From: Acidimicrobiales bacterium
GTDB taxonomy: Bacteria; Actinomycetota; Acidimicrobiia; Acidimicrobiales; SZUA-35
NCBI GenBank assembly: GCA_047974625.1
Contig: JBKECK010000115.1
Location: 1,854 to 65,853 of the forward strand
Length of the DNA stretch: 64,000 nt
Direction of reading: 5' to 3'
Each line of letters starts with the position of its first letter. The stretch's first letter is position 1. Under the pieces are notes generated by a model, which saw only the letters and a program-made list of their open reading frames with translations, was not told the DNA's origin and did no database searches. Positions 26,148-35,795 of the stretch are shown piece after piece. Made by a program: the position numbers and the translations under genes.

Positions 26148-27612
26148 ACGGCGCGGTGAGAAGATCGGGCGGTACCGGGTGATCGCCCCGATCGGGTCCG
26201 GTGGGTTCGCCACCGTCTACCGGGCCGTCGACGAACGTCTCGGGTCCGAGGTGGCCATCAAGGTCCTCGCCGAGAACCACAGCCTCGTTCCCGAGCACCG
26301 CGAGCGGTTCATCTCCGAGGCCCAGCATCTCCGCCGGGTCGATTCGTACTGGGTGGCCTCCATCTACGATCTGAATGAGACCGACTCGGGTCAGCCGTAC
26401 ATGGTGATGGAGCTGGCCGACCGAGGCGACCTCGAGACCAGGGTCAACGACCTGTGGGACAAGCGACGGGGCCTGGAGCGGAGCGACCTGCTGGTGCTGG
26501 CCGAGACCATGGCCCATTCGCTGCACGCCATCCACTCCGCTAATCTGGTCCACCGCGACGTCACCCCGGGCAACCTGCTGGTGCGGAACAACGGGTTGCG
26601 ACCGGCGCCGTGGTCCGGGCGGACCCTGCTCGACCGGGGGGAGCGTCTGCTGCTCAGCGACCTCGGGTACGCCAAGGATCTCCGGGCGGCGTCCGGTATC
26701 ACCTCCGGCGGTGGTACCGCCGGGTTCGCCGCTCCCGAGCAGCACGGCGAGATGACCCAGGTCGACATCCGGGCCGACATCTACGGGGCGAGCGCAGTGA
26801 TGCAGTGGGCGGCCGCTGGTTCGCGTCATGCCACCGCCCTCGGCCCGGTGTGTGCCATCGGTATGGCCGAGGACCCGAGTGACCGCTACAGCGACATGAC
26901 GGCGTGGAACGCCGCGGTGCGGACCGCCCTGCAGAGCCCGTACGCCCCCATGGGCAGCACCGCGGCGCTCGACGATGTGGAACCTCGCTGGACGCGGCCA
27001 TGGTTGGCCGCCGTGGCCGGGCTCTCCATCGGTTTCATCCTGGCCGCCATGATGTGGTTCGACGGCGACGATTCCGACGGCGCGGGTCTCGGCAGCGAGT
27101 CCGCCCCATCCGCGGTCGAATCCGAGGCCACGACGAACCCCGAGCCGTCGGTGAGCACCACGGCGAGTCCGTCGTCGAGTGTCGCCGAGACCGAGGGCGG
27201 GGCCGGCACCGACGTCAGCTTGCCCGATGACACCCGGCCACGGCCCCAGACCCCGGCGGTCGCCAGCTCCGAGATCACCGTCATGTTCGACACCGTGTCC
27301 CGCCCGGCCGGCAACCCAGCCGTGGCCACGGTGTCGGGCACGGCTACCGCAGCCGAAGGTCTGGTCGCCGTCCAGCTCGCCGTGGTCGGCCCCGACAACC
27401 AGTCCTACGATCCCCGGACCGGGGCTCCGATCCCGGCCGAGACCGCAGTCGAGATCTCAGTGATCGGTGGCGAGGGCCAGACCGTTCCCTGGTCGTACTC
27501 CATCACCACGACGGGACTCCCGGCCGGGGAATACGATGTGTCGGCCATGGGCGTCGACCGGGTCGGGCGCCACTCCAGTGCCGTGACCACCAGCCTCACC
27601 GTCGGCACCTGA
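26140..27612 (+). CDS. Transmembrane Ser/Thr protein kinase with an extracytoplasmic Ig-like domain
   Basis: The G-loop IGSGGFATVY, the VAIK lysine, HRDVTPGNLL, DLGYAKD and the GTAGFAAPEQ motifs are present. One TM helix (WLAAVAGLSIGFILAAMMW) follows the kinase domain. The ATG at 26140 overlaps the sigma gene stop by 8 nt (ATGGCTGA). Confidence 0.9.
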   Translation: MAERRGEKIGRYRVIAPIGSGGFATVYRAVDERLGSEVAIKVLAENHSLVPEHRERFISEAQHLRRVDSYWVASIYDLNETDSGQPYMVMELADRGDLETRVNDLWDKRRGLERSDLLVLAETMAHSLHAIHSANLVHRDVTPGNLLVRNNGLRPAPWSGRTLLDRGERLLLSDLGYAKDLRAASGITSGGGTAGFAAPEQHGEMTQVDIRADIYGASAVMQWAAAGSRHATALGPVCAIGMAEDPSDRYSDMTAWNAAVRTALQSPYAPMGSTAALDDVEPRWTRPWLAAVAGLSIGFILAAMMWFDGDDSDGAGLGSESAPSAVESEATTNPEPSVSTTASPSSSVAETEGGAGTDVSLPDDTRPRPQTPAVASSEITVMFDTVSRPAGNPAVATVSGTATAAEGLVAVQLAVVGPDNQSYDPRTGAPIPAETAVEISVIGGEGQTVPWSYSITTTGLPAGEYDVSAMGVDRVGRHSSAVTTSLTVGT

Positions 27613-27974
27613 CCACTGGGCCCGTGGGCCCCATCGAGGATCACACGCACCCGGGAAAACGAGGTCAACCGCGATTGCCGAAGCCGGACCCGCCGAGAGC
27701 TGGGCTCCGGCAATCGTGGCGGAAGGAGAGATACATGCCCGGCGAGCCGCCCCAATGGTTGGGGCAGTTAGACGAGGGACGGCTCGCCGGGCGTCCTAGC
27801 CAAGGTGGCTAGATTCTCGGACTCCGGGGGCCGGCCTCGTTGCCGGCCACCGGGGCCACGATTCATGTGCGCTTTCCGGGATTTTCACTGAACTGGGATT
27901 CCCGATTCGGTGAGTGCCCTTCAGCGCCTTTCCGATGGGATGTGTCGCGTCAGGGATCGCAAAAGTTCCCGGAT

Positions 27975-29210
27975 TCACCCAGATTCTTTTTCGAGCTCGA
28001 GATCGAGAGCCCGGCCGGACGTCACCCGGGCCACCAGCAGGGCGATCCCGGCGCTGACCGCGGCCGAGGCCAACATGGTTGACCGGACCCCGATCTGGCG
28101 GGCCAGCAGGCCACCACCGAGCGCGCCGAGTGGTACGGCCCCGAGGGCGAGCAGCCGGGCGGTAGCGGTCACCCGGCCCAGGAGATGATCCGGGGTGAGG
28201 TGCTGGCGGACAGAGTGGTTGGCCACCGTGAACGCACCCACCGCGAACATGGCCACGGTGGATCCGGCGGCCACCAACTCCACCCGCCCAGCGGTGGCCA
28301 TGGCCGCGGTCCCGGCGCCCAACACGACGAACGCCCCCACCAGCACGGCCCGACGTCCGACGGCGCCGACCAGCCGCGGCCCCAGCGCCGCGCCCCCTGA
28401 TCCGCCGATGGCCGCAGTGGCGATCACCAGGCCGAAGGCCACCCCACCCCCACCGAGTTGATCGGTCACGAGGATCACCATCAAGCTCCGCGAGGCCGCA
28501 TCAGCGAGGTTCGAGATGGCCACGGCGGCGGCGAGACCGGCCAGGAGACCGTCGTCGGCCAGGAACCGTGCCCCTTCGACGATGTCGTCCCACAGACGGC
28601 TGATCGTGGGCCCCGGCCCGGCGGAGGTGTTCTGCAGGGGCACCGACACCGAGGCCATGAGCGGGATCCCGACCGCGAACGACACGGCGTCGACCACGAA
28701 GGGCAGGGCGGGCGCGACCGAATACAGCAATCCCCCGAGGGGACCGCCGGCCGCGTCGTTGGTGATGAACTGGGCCGCGGTGAACCGGCTGTTGGCCCGG
28801 TCGAGATCGTCGCCGGCCACCCGGGGCACGGCGGCCAGCACGGCGCTGTCGACGACCACCTCCCCCACCCCGATGATCACGGCAATCGCGTAGATGGCCG
28901 CCAGACCGGCGTGGCCGGCGGCAACCGCGGCCGCGAAGCCGGCCACCGCCACGGTCCGCACCACCTGCCCGGTGACGATCAGGCGACGCCGGTCGAACCG
29001 ATCGGCGATCGCCCCGCCGACCAGGGCGAGGACGAGCCACGGGGCAAAACTGGCCGCGGTGACCCCGCTCACGGCCAGCGGGTCGGTGGTGACGGCTACG
29101 GCGGCGAGCGGTAGGGCGGTGAGCCGGATCCCGTCACCGAGGTTGGACGCAGTGGCGGCCCCCCAGAGACGCCAGAAGTCGGAGCTGGACCGGGGGGACG
29201 GGGGCCTCAC
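27975..29210 (-). CDS. MFS transporter
   Basis: The protein is a 12-TM-like hydrophobic protein. Motif-A-like GGAIADRFDRRR is present. The start is placed at the GTG at 29210 (VRPPSPRSSSDFWRLW...). Confidence 0.8.
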   Translation of the reverse strand: MRPPSPRSSSDFWRLWGAATASNLGDGIRLTALPLAAVAVTTDPLAVSGVTAASFAPWLVLALVGGAIADRFDRRRLIVTGQVVRTVAVAGFAAAVAAGHAGLAAIYAIAVIIGVGEVVVDSAVLAAVPRVAGDDLDRANSRFTAAQFITNDAAGGPLGGLLYSVAPALPFVVDAVSFAVGIPLMASVSVPLQNTSAGPGPTISRLWDDIVEGARFLADDGLLAGLAAAVAISNLADAASRSLMVILVTDQLGGGGVAFGLVIATAAIGGSGGAALGPRLVGAVGRRAVLVGAFVVLGAGTAAMATAGRVELVAAGSTVAMFAVGAFTVANHSVRQHLTPDHLLGRVTATARLLALGAVPLGALGGGLLARQIGVRSTMLASAAVSAGIALLVARVTSGRALDLELEKESG

Positions 29211-29436
29211 CGGTGCGTTCTCCCCATCAGGGGCGCGGCAATGGGGTCGGGCCGGCGAGGCTGTGGGGCCCCACCGGTGTTCGGCGGATGCACGACGACA
29301 AGAATGGCAGACTTTGTTGCCACATGGGGTTCTATGGTCGCACAACCACCAGATGCTGGCTTAATGCTGATTTAGCCCCGATTGCCGAAGCAGGGCCTGT
29401 CAGGCTTCGCGACGGCACCCGGACGCGGCGGGCGTC

Positions 29437-30159
29437 TCAGGCAAGGGGAAGGTCTCGCTCCGGTTCGGCAAGAATGGCATCGTTGTCGACCACGCCGACC
29501 ACGGAAATGGCCACCATCAGACCGACGATCCAGCCTGCGGCCAGATCACTGACCCAGTGGTAGCCGAGCACGGCGCTCACCACCATCATGTGGAAGGCGG
29601 GAACCGCGATCATCAGCATGCCGAGACGTCGCCCGATCGGCAGTCCACCGTAGGTGCGCAGCAGGTAGACGACCAGGGCTGCGGTCATGGTGACGTTGGC
29701 GGCATGGCCCGAGGGCCACATGATGCCGTGGTTGAACAGCTGGGGCTCGCCGCTCAGCGGGTTGTCCCGCCCCACCACCACCTTGAGGGTGCCCACCACG
29801 AGGTTCACCGACAGTACCGAGAGCAGGGTGATGACGAACGGCCGGATACCGCCGCGACCGCGACGCCAGAGCCACAGCACGACGGCCAGCAGGATCGGAA
29901 TGGTCACGACGCGAAGGCCGACATGATCGAGGAGGTCGCCGTAGACCCGGTACGGCGATTCCCGGGACAGGCCGAGGGGCGCCGTGATCCGATCGAAGGT
30001 GAGCATCGGCCCACCCACCGCGAGATCGGCGAAGATGAGGGCCAGCAGGATGCTGCCGATGGCCAGCTGATCGATTGCCCGGGCCGGGATGAGCCGATCG
30101 CGTCCCTGAAGAACGTCGACGAGTCGGGCCGAGAGCGGCAACGACCGGACTTCGGGCAT
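29437..30159 (-). CDS. PAP2 superfamily phosphatase (membrane)
   Basis: The three PAP2 motifs are present: KVVVGRDNP, PSGHA and SAVLGYHWVSD. The start is placed at the ATG at 30159, which has GAGG upstream. Confidence 0.8.
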   Translation of the reverse strand: MPEVRSLPLSARLVDVLQGRDRLIPARAIDQLAIGSILLALIFADLAVGGPMLTFDRITAPLGLSRESPYRVYGDLLDHVGLRVVTIPILLAVVLWLWRRGRGGIRPFVITLLSVLSVNLVVGTLKVVVGRDNPLSGEPQLFNHGIMWPSGHAANVTMTAALVVYLLRTYGGLPIGRRLGMLMIAVPAFHMMVVSAVLGYHWVSDLAAGWIVGLMVAISVVGVVDNDAILAEPERDLPLA

Positions 30160-30307
30160 CACCTCACTGCGTTCAGATATCCGCGCCACGTGGGCCGACG
30201 CTACCTGGTCTGCTGCGACCAGGGGCGGCACCGGGCCAAACGACACCAATCCTTCGCCAAGGTTGCCGCGGCCGTGGGCCGAGTTGCCCAGTGGGCGTCT
30301 GAACAGG

Positions 30308-30976
30308 ATGGCCCACTACGGTGGTTGTGTGCACATCGACATCTGGTCCGACGTGGTCTGCCCGTGGTGCTACCTGGGGAAGCGCCGCCTGGAACGGGCG
30401 ATGACCGAACTCGATTGGTCCGGCGAGATCACGATCCGCTGGCGGGCCTTCCAACTCGATCCCACGGCGACGACGGAGCCGAAGAACCTGGCCGCGTCGA
30501 TCGACAAGAAGTACGGGCCGGGCGCGTTCGAATCCATGTCGCAGCGTCTCGGCGCGCTCGGGGAGGCCGAAGGGATCGAGTACCGGTTTGATCGGGCGGT
30601 CCGAGTCAGCACCCTCAGCGCCCACCGGGTCTCGGCCTGGGCGTGGGCCACCGGTGGCGCCTCCGCCCAGGGGCCTCTCGAGGAGCGCCTGTTCCAGGCC
30701 TACTTCACCGAGGGCGCCAACGTGGCCGACCCCGAGGTCCTGGCCGGCCTGGCCGCCGACTGTGACCTCGATCGTGACGCCGCCCTCGAGGTGGCCACTG
30801 GCGAGGCATTCGTCGACGAGGTGGCCGCCGACATCGAGGGGGCCCACGAGCGCCAGATCACGGGTGTGCCCGGCATCGTGATCGCCGACCGGCTGCTGAT
30901 CCCGGGCGCCCAGGAGCCCGAGACCCTGGTGGCGGTCCTCAACCGGGCTCGCGACCGGTTCGCCGCCCCGACTTGA
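30308..30976 (+). CDS. DsbA family (FrnE-like) thiol oxidoreductase
   Basis: The active site is VHIDIWSDVVCPWCYLGKRRLE (CPWC). The start is uncertain (30263, 30308 or 30329). Confidence 0.85.
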   Translation: MAHYGGCVHIDIWSDVVCPWCYLGKRRLERAMTELDWSGEITIRWRAFQLDPTATTEPKNLAASIDKKYGPGAFESMSQRLGALGEAEGIEYRFDRAVRVSTLSAHRVSAWAWATGGASAQGPLEERLFQAYFTEGANVADPEVLAGLAADCDLDRDAALEVATGEAFVDEVAADIEGAHERQITGVPGIVIADRLLIPGAQEPETLVAVLNRARDRFAAPT

Positions 30977-31007
30977 TTCCGGTTCCTCAGACGTGCGAGA
31001 ACGTCGC

Positions 31008-31802
31008 ATGGCCGATGATCCGACCCCCGACGAGTTCCCCCTGCCCAACGCCTCCGTAGACCTTTCTGGTCAGGTCGCCCTGGTGACCGGTGCGTCATCG
31101 GGATTGGGCAACCGCTTCGCCCGCACCCTGGCCGCGGCCGGAGCCTCGGTGGCGGTGGCAGCCCGCCGGGTCGAACGGCTCGACGATCTGGCCAAGGAGA
31201 TCACGTCCGCCGGCGGGACCTGCCTGCCCGTCGCCCTCGACGTGACCGATCCGGCTTCGATCTCGGCTGCGGTCGATGCGGCCGAACAGGGCCTCGGGCC
31301 GGTCACGATCCTGGTCAACAACGCCGGGATTCCCGACGCCCAGCGGGCCCACAAGATGTCGGTGGAACTGGTGGACGCCGTGTTGGACACCAATGTCCGG
31401 GGCCCGTTCCTGCTCGCCACCGAGGTCGCCCGGAGACTCATTACCGCCGAGCGGCCGGGGCGGATGGTGAACATCTCTTCCATGGGGGCGTTCCATTACG
31501 GGGGCGGGGGCGCCGCGTTGTACTCGATCAGCAAGGCGGCTGTGAACCGGATGACCGAGGCCCTGTCCGTGGAGTGGGTGCGCTACGGCATCAACGTGAA
31601 CGGCATCGCCCCGGGAGCGTTCGCGTCCGAGATGATGGACGGAATGATGGAGCGGATCGGGGATTTCACCCCCACCCTGCCCCGCAAGCGGCTCGGCAAC
31701 CCCGCCCAGCTCGACTCCACCCTGCTGTACCTGTGCGCCCCGGCCTCGGAGTTCGTGACCGGCACCGTGATCAAGGTCGACGACGGTCAGCAGCCCCGCT
31801 GA
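31008..31802 (+). CDS. SDR family oxidoreductase
   Basis: ALVTGASSGLGNRFA, NNAG and YSISKAAV are present. Confidence 0.88.
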   Translation: MADDPTPDEFPLPNASVDLSGQVALVTGASSGLGNRFARTLAAAGASVAVAARRVERLDDLAKEITSAGGTCLPVALDVTDPASISAAVDAAEQGLGPVTILVNNAGIPDAQRAHKMSVELVDAVLDTNVRGPFLLATEVARRLITAERPGRMVNISSMGAFHYGGGGAALYSISKAAVNRMTEALSVEWVRYGINVNGIAPGAFASEMMDGMMERIGDFTPTLPRKRLGNPAQLDSTLLYLCAPASEFVTGTVIKVDDGQQPR

Positions 31803-31863
31803 GGGCCCGGGCCACCCGGCGACCGGCCGTGTCGACCCGTGCGGTCAGCGGCCGGGAGCGGGG

Positions 31864-32391
31864 TCAGCCGACGGACAGGACGAGGAGGTCGCAATCACAG
31901 GTGACCGGCTGGGTCAGGCACTGGAGCGGGGTCACCGTGGGGCAGATGGGGTCGGCGTCGCTACGGAGGCGTTGGGTGAGATCGTTCAGTTCGGTGCGCA
32001 CCCGGACCAGTTCGTTCAGGCTGAGCCCGGTGCGACGCTCCACGTACTGCTGGATTCGTGCCGCATCGGTGCGGAGCTGGTGACCGGCGATGGTCAAACC
32101 GATCTGGAGGACTCGCTCATCCCGATCATCACGCTTGCGGGTGACGAGGCCGGCGTGCTCCATGCGCTTGACCACTGGCGACAACGTGCCCGAATCAAGA
32201 CTGAGGGCATCGGCCAGTTCACGCATGCTCGTCTCGCCCTGTTCCCACAACACCAGCAACACGGTGTACTGGGTGTAGGTGATGCCGACCTGTTCGAGCA
32301 GCGGCCGGTACACCGACACGATCGCTCTCGACGCATTGGCCAGGGCCACACAGAGTTGATGGCCCAGCGATAGATGATCCTCGACCGTCAC
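31864..32391 (-). CDS. MarR family regulator, OhrR-like, with a Cys-rich C-terminal tail
   Basis: An N-terminal reactive-Cys context (LGHQLCVALANA) and a winged HTH (MRELADALSLDSGTLSPVVKRMEHAGLVTRKRD) are present. The tail reads PICPTVTPLQCLTQPVTCDC. Confidence 0.75.
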   Translation of the reverse strand: MTVEDHLSLGHQLCVALANASRAIVSVYRPLLEQVGITYTQYTVLLVLWEQGETSMRELADALSLDSGTLSPVVKRMEHAGLVTRKRDDRDERVLQIGLTIAGHQLRTDAARIQQYVERRTGLSLNELVRVRTELNDLTQRLRSDADPICPTVTPLQCLTQPVTCDCDLLVLSVG

Positions 32392-32531
32392 GCTATAAGT
32401 TTAGGCCGCTTTTAGAAGGCCCAGCCGCGAGGGAAATCCAAATCCGACGTGACCATCGGCCCGTGTGTCCGATTTCACTGTCACCTGACGGCTTTGTGAA
32501 GCCGAGCAGTTGCAGGGTCGTTGCGTTTTAC

Positions 32532-33467
32532 CTACGGGCAGGCGACGATCTGGCCGGCATACGCCAGGCCGCCACCAAAACCGAACAACAGCACCGGTCC
32601 TCCGGCGGGGATCTCCCGACGCTCGACCAGTTTGGAGAACGCCAGGGGCACGCTGGCCGCCGAGGTGTTCCCCGAATCGACCACGTCGCGGGCCACCACG
32701 GCGTTGACCGCGCCGAGACGATCGACGATCCGGTCGATGATCCGCAGATTGGCCTGATGGAGGACCACCCCAGCCAGATCTTCGGCCGCCACCCCGGCCT
32801 TCTCGCAGATCCGCTGGGCCACCTCGGCCATGTTGGTCGTCGCCCAGCGGTAGACGGCCTGGCCGTCCTGATCGAACAGGTTGTCGGGCGGCTCGAGCCG
32901 AACGGCCCGGCCCATCTCCGGGTCGGAGCCCCACACGACCGGGCTGATCCCTGACTCGCTCGACGCTTCCACCACCGCCGCCCCGGCGCCGTCACCGAGC
33001 AGGATGCAGGTGCGACGATCGGACCAGTCGGTGAAGTCGGAGAACTTGTCCGCCCCGATGACCAGCGCCCGCGATGCCGAACCGGCCGTGATGGCCTGAT
33101 CGGCCAGAGCGACCGCGTGGGTGAACCCGGAACAGAACGTGTTGATATCGATGGTGGCGGGTGACGCCACTCCCAGGGCCGCGGCCACCCGGGCGGCGTT
33201 GTTCGGTGACCGCTCCTTGGCCGTCGTGGTGGCCACGAGGACCATGTCGACGTCGCCGGCACCGAGGCCGGCATTGGCCAGGGCCTTGGCCCCGGCCTCG
33301 GTTGCCATGTCGGCCACCGATTCGTCCGGCCCGGCGATGTGGCGGGTCTTGATCCCGACCCGACGCAGGATCCACTCCTCGTCGGTGTCGACCATCTCGG
33401 TCAGCTCGGCGTTGGTGAGCACCCGGCTCGGTTGGTGATGACCCAGCGCCTTCAGCCGAGCAGCCAT
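32532..33467 (-). CDS. fabH: Beta-ketoacyl-ACP synthase III
   Basis: The active-site Cys (NTFCSGFTHAV), HQANLRII and GNTSAASVPLA motifs are present. Confidence 0.9.
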   Translation of the reverse strand: MAARLKALGHHQPSRVLTNAELTEMVDTDEEWILRRVGIKTRHIAGPDESVADMATEAGAKALANAGLGAGDVDMVLVATTTAKERSPNNAARVAAALGVASPATIDINTFCSGFTHAVALADQAITAGSASRALVIGADKFSDFTDWSDRRTCILLGDGAGAAVVEASSESGISPVVWGSDPEMGRAVRLEPPDNLFDQDGQAVYRWATTNMAEVAQRICEKAGVAAEDLAGVVLHQANLRIIDRIVDRLGAVNAVVARDVVDSGNTSAASVPLAFSKLVERREIPAGGPVLLFGFGGGLAYAGQIVACP

Positions 33468-33625
33468 CGATACACCTCTCCGGCCACATCATCGATCGGC
33501 CGTCGTCTACTGTCCCTCGTCACATGTGACTCCTGGTCCGGGGGTCGGGGTTACATCTTGCCAGCCCCGGACGCCCGGGGTGAGCTTCCCCTCCCTTGCC
33601 CAGCTCCCGAGCCAGGAGAGGCCGA

Positions 33626-33646
33626 CTCGTGCGGTGGTTTCCCTAG
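33626..33646. repeat. att-like 21-bp repeat copy A (ctcgtgcggtggtttccctag), partner at 35766-35786
   Basis: 19 of 21 positions match the sequence lying 10 bp downstream of the tRNA-Met 3' end. Confidence 0.5.
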
Positions 33647-33711
33647 ATGAATAGCTCCAAGGGGTCTCGCGCGCTGCGCGCGCGATTATCCACCACTGAG
33701 AGTGGGGGATT

Positions 33712-34013
33712 GGCGAGTTCAAGGGGTGACGGCTACTTGTTGAAGTGTGTGGTTCCACCGGTCAGAGCGTGATGCAGGCGATTATGCCTACTGCGACTTC
33801 ACGTTCATCCCTGACCGGTGGAGGTTTCCAGCATGCCAGCCAATCCGTTGACAATGTGCGAACGCGAGGAGATCCGTGCCGGGATCGAACGCGGCGAGAC
33901 CGATGTGGTGATCGCTGGCCGGTTGGGTCGGTGCCGGACGACGGTCAACCGGGAGATCAACCGCAACGGCGGCCGGGCTGTGCACACCGCGGTTGGTGCC
34001 CAGGCTCGGGCTG
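33712..34013 (+). mobile_element. Left-end fragment of an IS30-family element (terminal repeat plus the first ~65 codons of the transposase)
   Basis: It begins with GGCGAGTTCAAGGGGTGACG, the same terminus as the two other copies. It encodes [47 protein letters not shown]... and stops abruptly where the next copy begins. Confidence 0.75.
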
Positions 34014-35118
34014 GGCGAGTTCAAGGGGTGACGTCTACACGTTGGGGTGGGGTCTCCACCGGTCAGAGCGTGATGGCGGGCATGATGCCCGTTGTTGACA
34101 CAGCACCCTGACCGATGGAGACACCTAGCATGCCAGCTAACCCGTTGACCGCGCTTGAGCGTGAGGAGATCCGCACGCGGCGATACGAGCTCCGAGATCG
34201 CCCGCCGTGTGGGGCGGCACCGATCCACGATCAGCGCTGAGATCGCCCGCAATGGTGGTGCCGACGCGTACACCGCAACGAGTGCTCAAGCGCGCGCGGA
34301 CCGGCAACGGGCCCGTCCCAAGGTCGCGAAGCTCGTATCCGACACCGCCCTCGCGGAGCATGTGACGGCACGCCTTCGGGCCAAGGACTCCCCGATGACG
34401 ATCGCGATCGAACTCGGCCGCGGCACCCACGGCCTCACCGCCGACATCAGCCACGAGACGATCTACCAGGCCATCTACGCCCACGGCCGCCGAGGCCTGC
34501 CCGCTGGACTCCACACCGGGCTACACCGACGCCGCCGATGCCGTAAACACCGGGTGTTCGGGCCCCCAGCACCGAAACCGAGCCCCCTCGGAGCGTTCAA
34601 CCTGATCGGGCTCCGTCCCCCGAAGCAGATGCCCGCACCCAGCCAGGCCACTTCGAAGGCGACCTCATCGTGGGCAGCCACAACCGCTCCGCGATCGTCA
34701 CCCTGTTCGACCGGGCCAGCCGCTACTGCCTACTCGCCGATCTCCCCAAGCGCCACAACGCCACCGCGGTGCTGGCCGCCCTCGCCGAGACCTTCGAACG
34801 AGTCGACTGCCAGCACGCCCCTGACACTCACCTGGGACCAAGGACGCGAGATGTCCGCGCACCACGACCTCGCCAAACTGGCCGGGATCGACGTGTACTT
34901 TGCCGAGCCCCACTCGCCGTGGCAACGCCCCACCAACGAAAACGGCAACGGCCTGCTCCGCCGCTACGTCGGCAGAGGCACCAACCTCAGCGTCTACAGC
35001 CCCGACGACCTCCGCCACATCGAACACCGACTCAACACCATGCCCCGCCGAAGCCTCCACTGCCACACAGCCCACGACATCTACACTGGCCACGTCGCTA
35101 TGACCAGTTGAACTCGCC
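34014..35118 (+). mobile_element. Degenerate IS30-family element (transposase with multiple frameshifts)
   Basis: Its termini are GGCGAGTTCAA (34014-) and TTGAACTCGCC (-35118). The transposase is readable only across three frames (track ORFs 34155.. and 34670..). It is colinear with the intact copy at 47043-48050. Confidence 0.85.
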
Positions 35119-35693
35119 CAGCTCGCCGGCGGCGATCAGGTCAACAACCTGATCCGGAGTAGGGACGACCGGAGCGACGTTCGGCAACGACGGCGGCCCA
35201 GCCCACTGCGCCGGGTTCGAGTTCCGCCAACCCCACCGGCACGCCTGCGTCATCATCGACGAAATCGTGGCGTGAATCTGGTAGACACTCCTCGCCGCCA
35301 ACCCCGGCGCTGATGCTCGCCGTAGAGATCGGTGAGCATCTTGGTCGTCACCTTCGTGACCTTGACATTGCTGAGCGTCGGGGCGACGTCGTGTCGGTAC
35401 ATCTTGCGGTAGTTGTGGATCGTGTTCGGCGAGCGGCCCTTGCGTTCAAGCTCTGCCAGCCACGCCGTGCACAACTGATCGACCGTGGCGTTGGCACCGT
35501 CGTGGCGGCCCTGACCGACCTCCGCCACAAGCGCCGCCCTGGCCTTCTTCGCGTCCCGGAGGTTCCCGTGGAACGTGCGACTGATCTGTCGTTAGCGGCC
35601 AGTCACCGGATCTCGGCCGGCCGACACGGCCAGCTCCCAGACACCCGGTGACTTCTCCCGCATCCCCGTCGCCTTGCGCAACTCCCGAGCCAT
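35119..35693 (-). pseudogene. Tyrosine (phage-type) integrase, N-terminal ~190 codons only
   Basis: The sequence reads MARELRKATGMREKSPGVWELAVSAGRDPVTGR-stop-RQISRTFHGNLRDAKKARAALVAEVGQGRHDGANATVDQLCTAWLAELERKGRSPNTIHNYRKMYRHDV... There is an in-frame TAA at 35592-35594 and a frameshift near 35300. The gene is truncated by the IS end at 35118. Confidence 0.8.
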
Positions 35694-35765
35694 GGAGTGC
35701 CAACGTAGACGACTTTCTTGGATTTTTCTTGGATGAGCGCCGCTGATCTCTGGCCGACAGGTCGT

Positions 35766-35786
35766 CTCGTGCGGTGTTTTACCTAG
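35766..35786. repeat. att-like 21-bp repeat copy B (ctcgtgcggtgttttacctag)
   Basis: See the partner at 33626-33646. This copy lies between the integrase start and the tRNA-Met 3' end. Confidence 0.5.
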
Positions 35787-35795
35787 TAGGAACGG

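Noticed and set aside
27735-27812. 25-codon ORF (MPGEPPQWLGQLDEGRLAGRPSQGG) behind a strong GGAAGGAGAG Shine-Dalgarno in the kinase/MFS convergent gap, next to two small hairpins (27796-27812, 27826-27846)
   Set aside because: The peptide has no recognisable features, and the Shine-Dalgarno match may be fortuitous. There is no way to test conservation here. I noted it but cannot support it as a gene or sRNA.
27672-29393. 12-nt repeat gattgccgaagc on both sides of the MFS gene (27672 and 29381)
   Set aside because: A 12-mer match is expected many times by chance in 64 kb of biased sequence, and there is no extended similarity around either copy.
33667-33685. Alternating-CG hairpin tcgcgcgc-tgc-gcgcgcga just outside the IS30-like left end
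   Set aside because: It could be an IS30 palindromic target preference or Z-DNA-prone sequence. A single 8-bp stem in GC-rich DNA is not distinctive enough to call.
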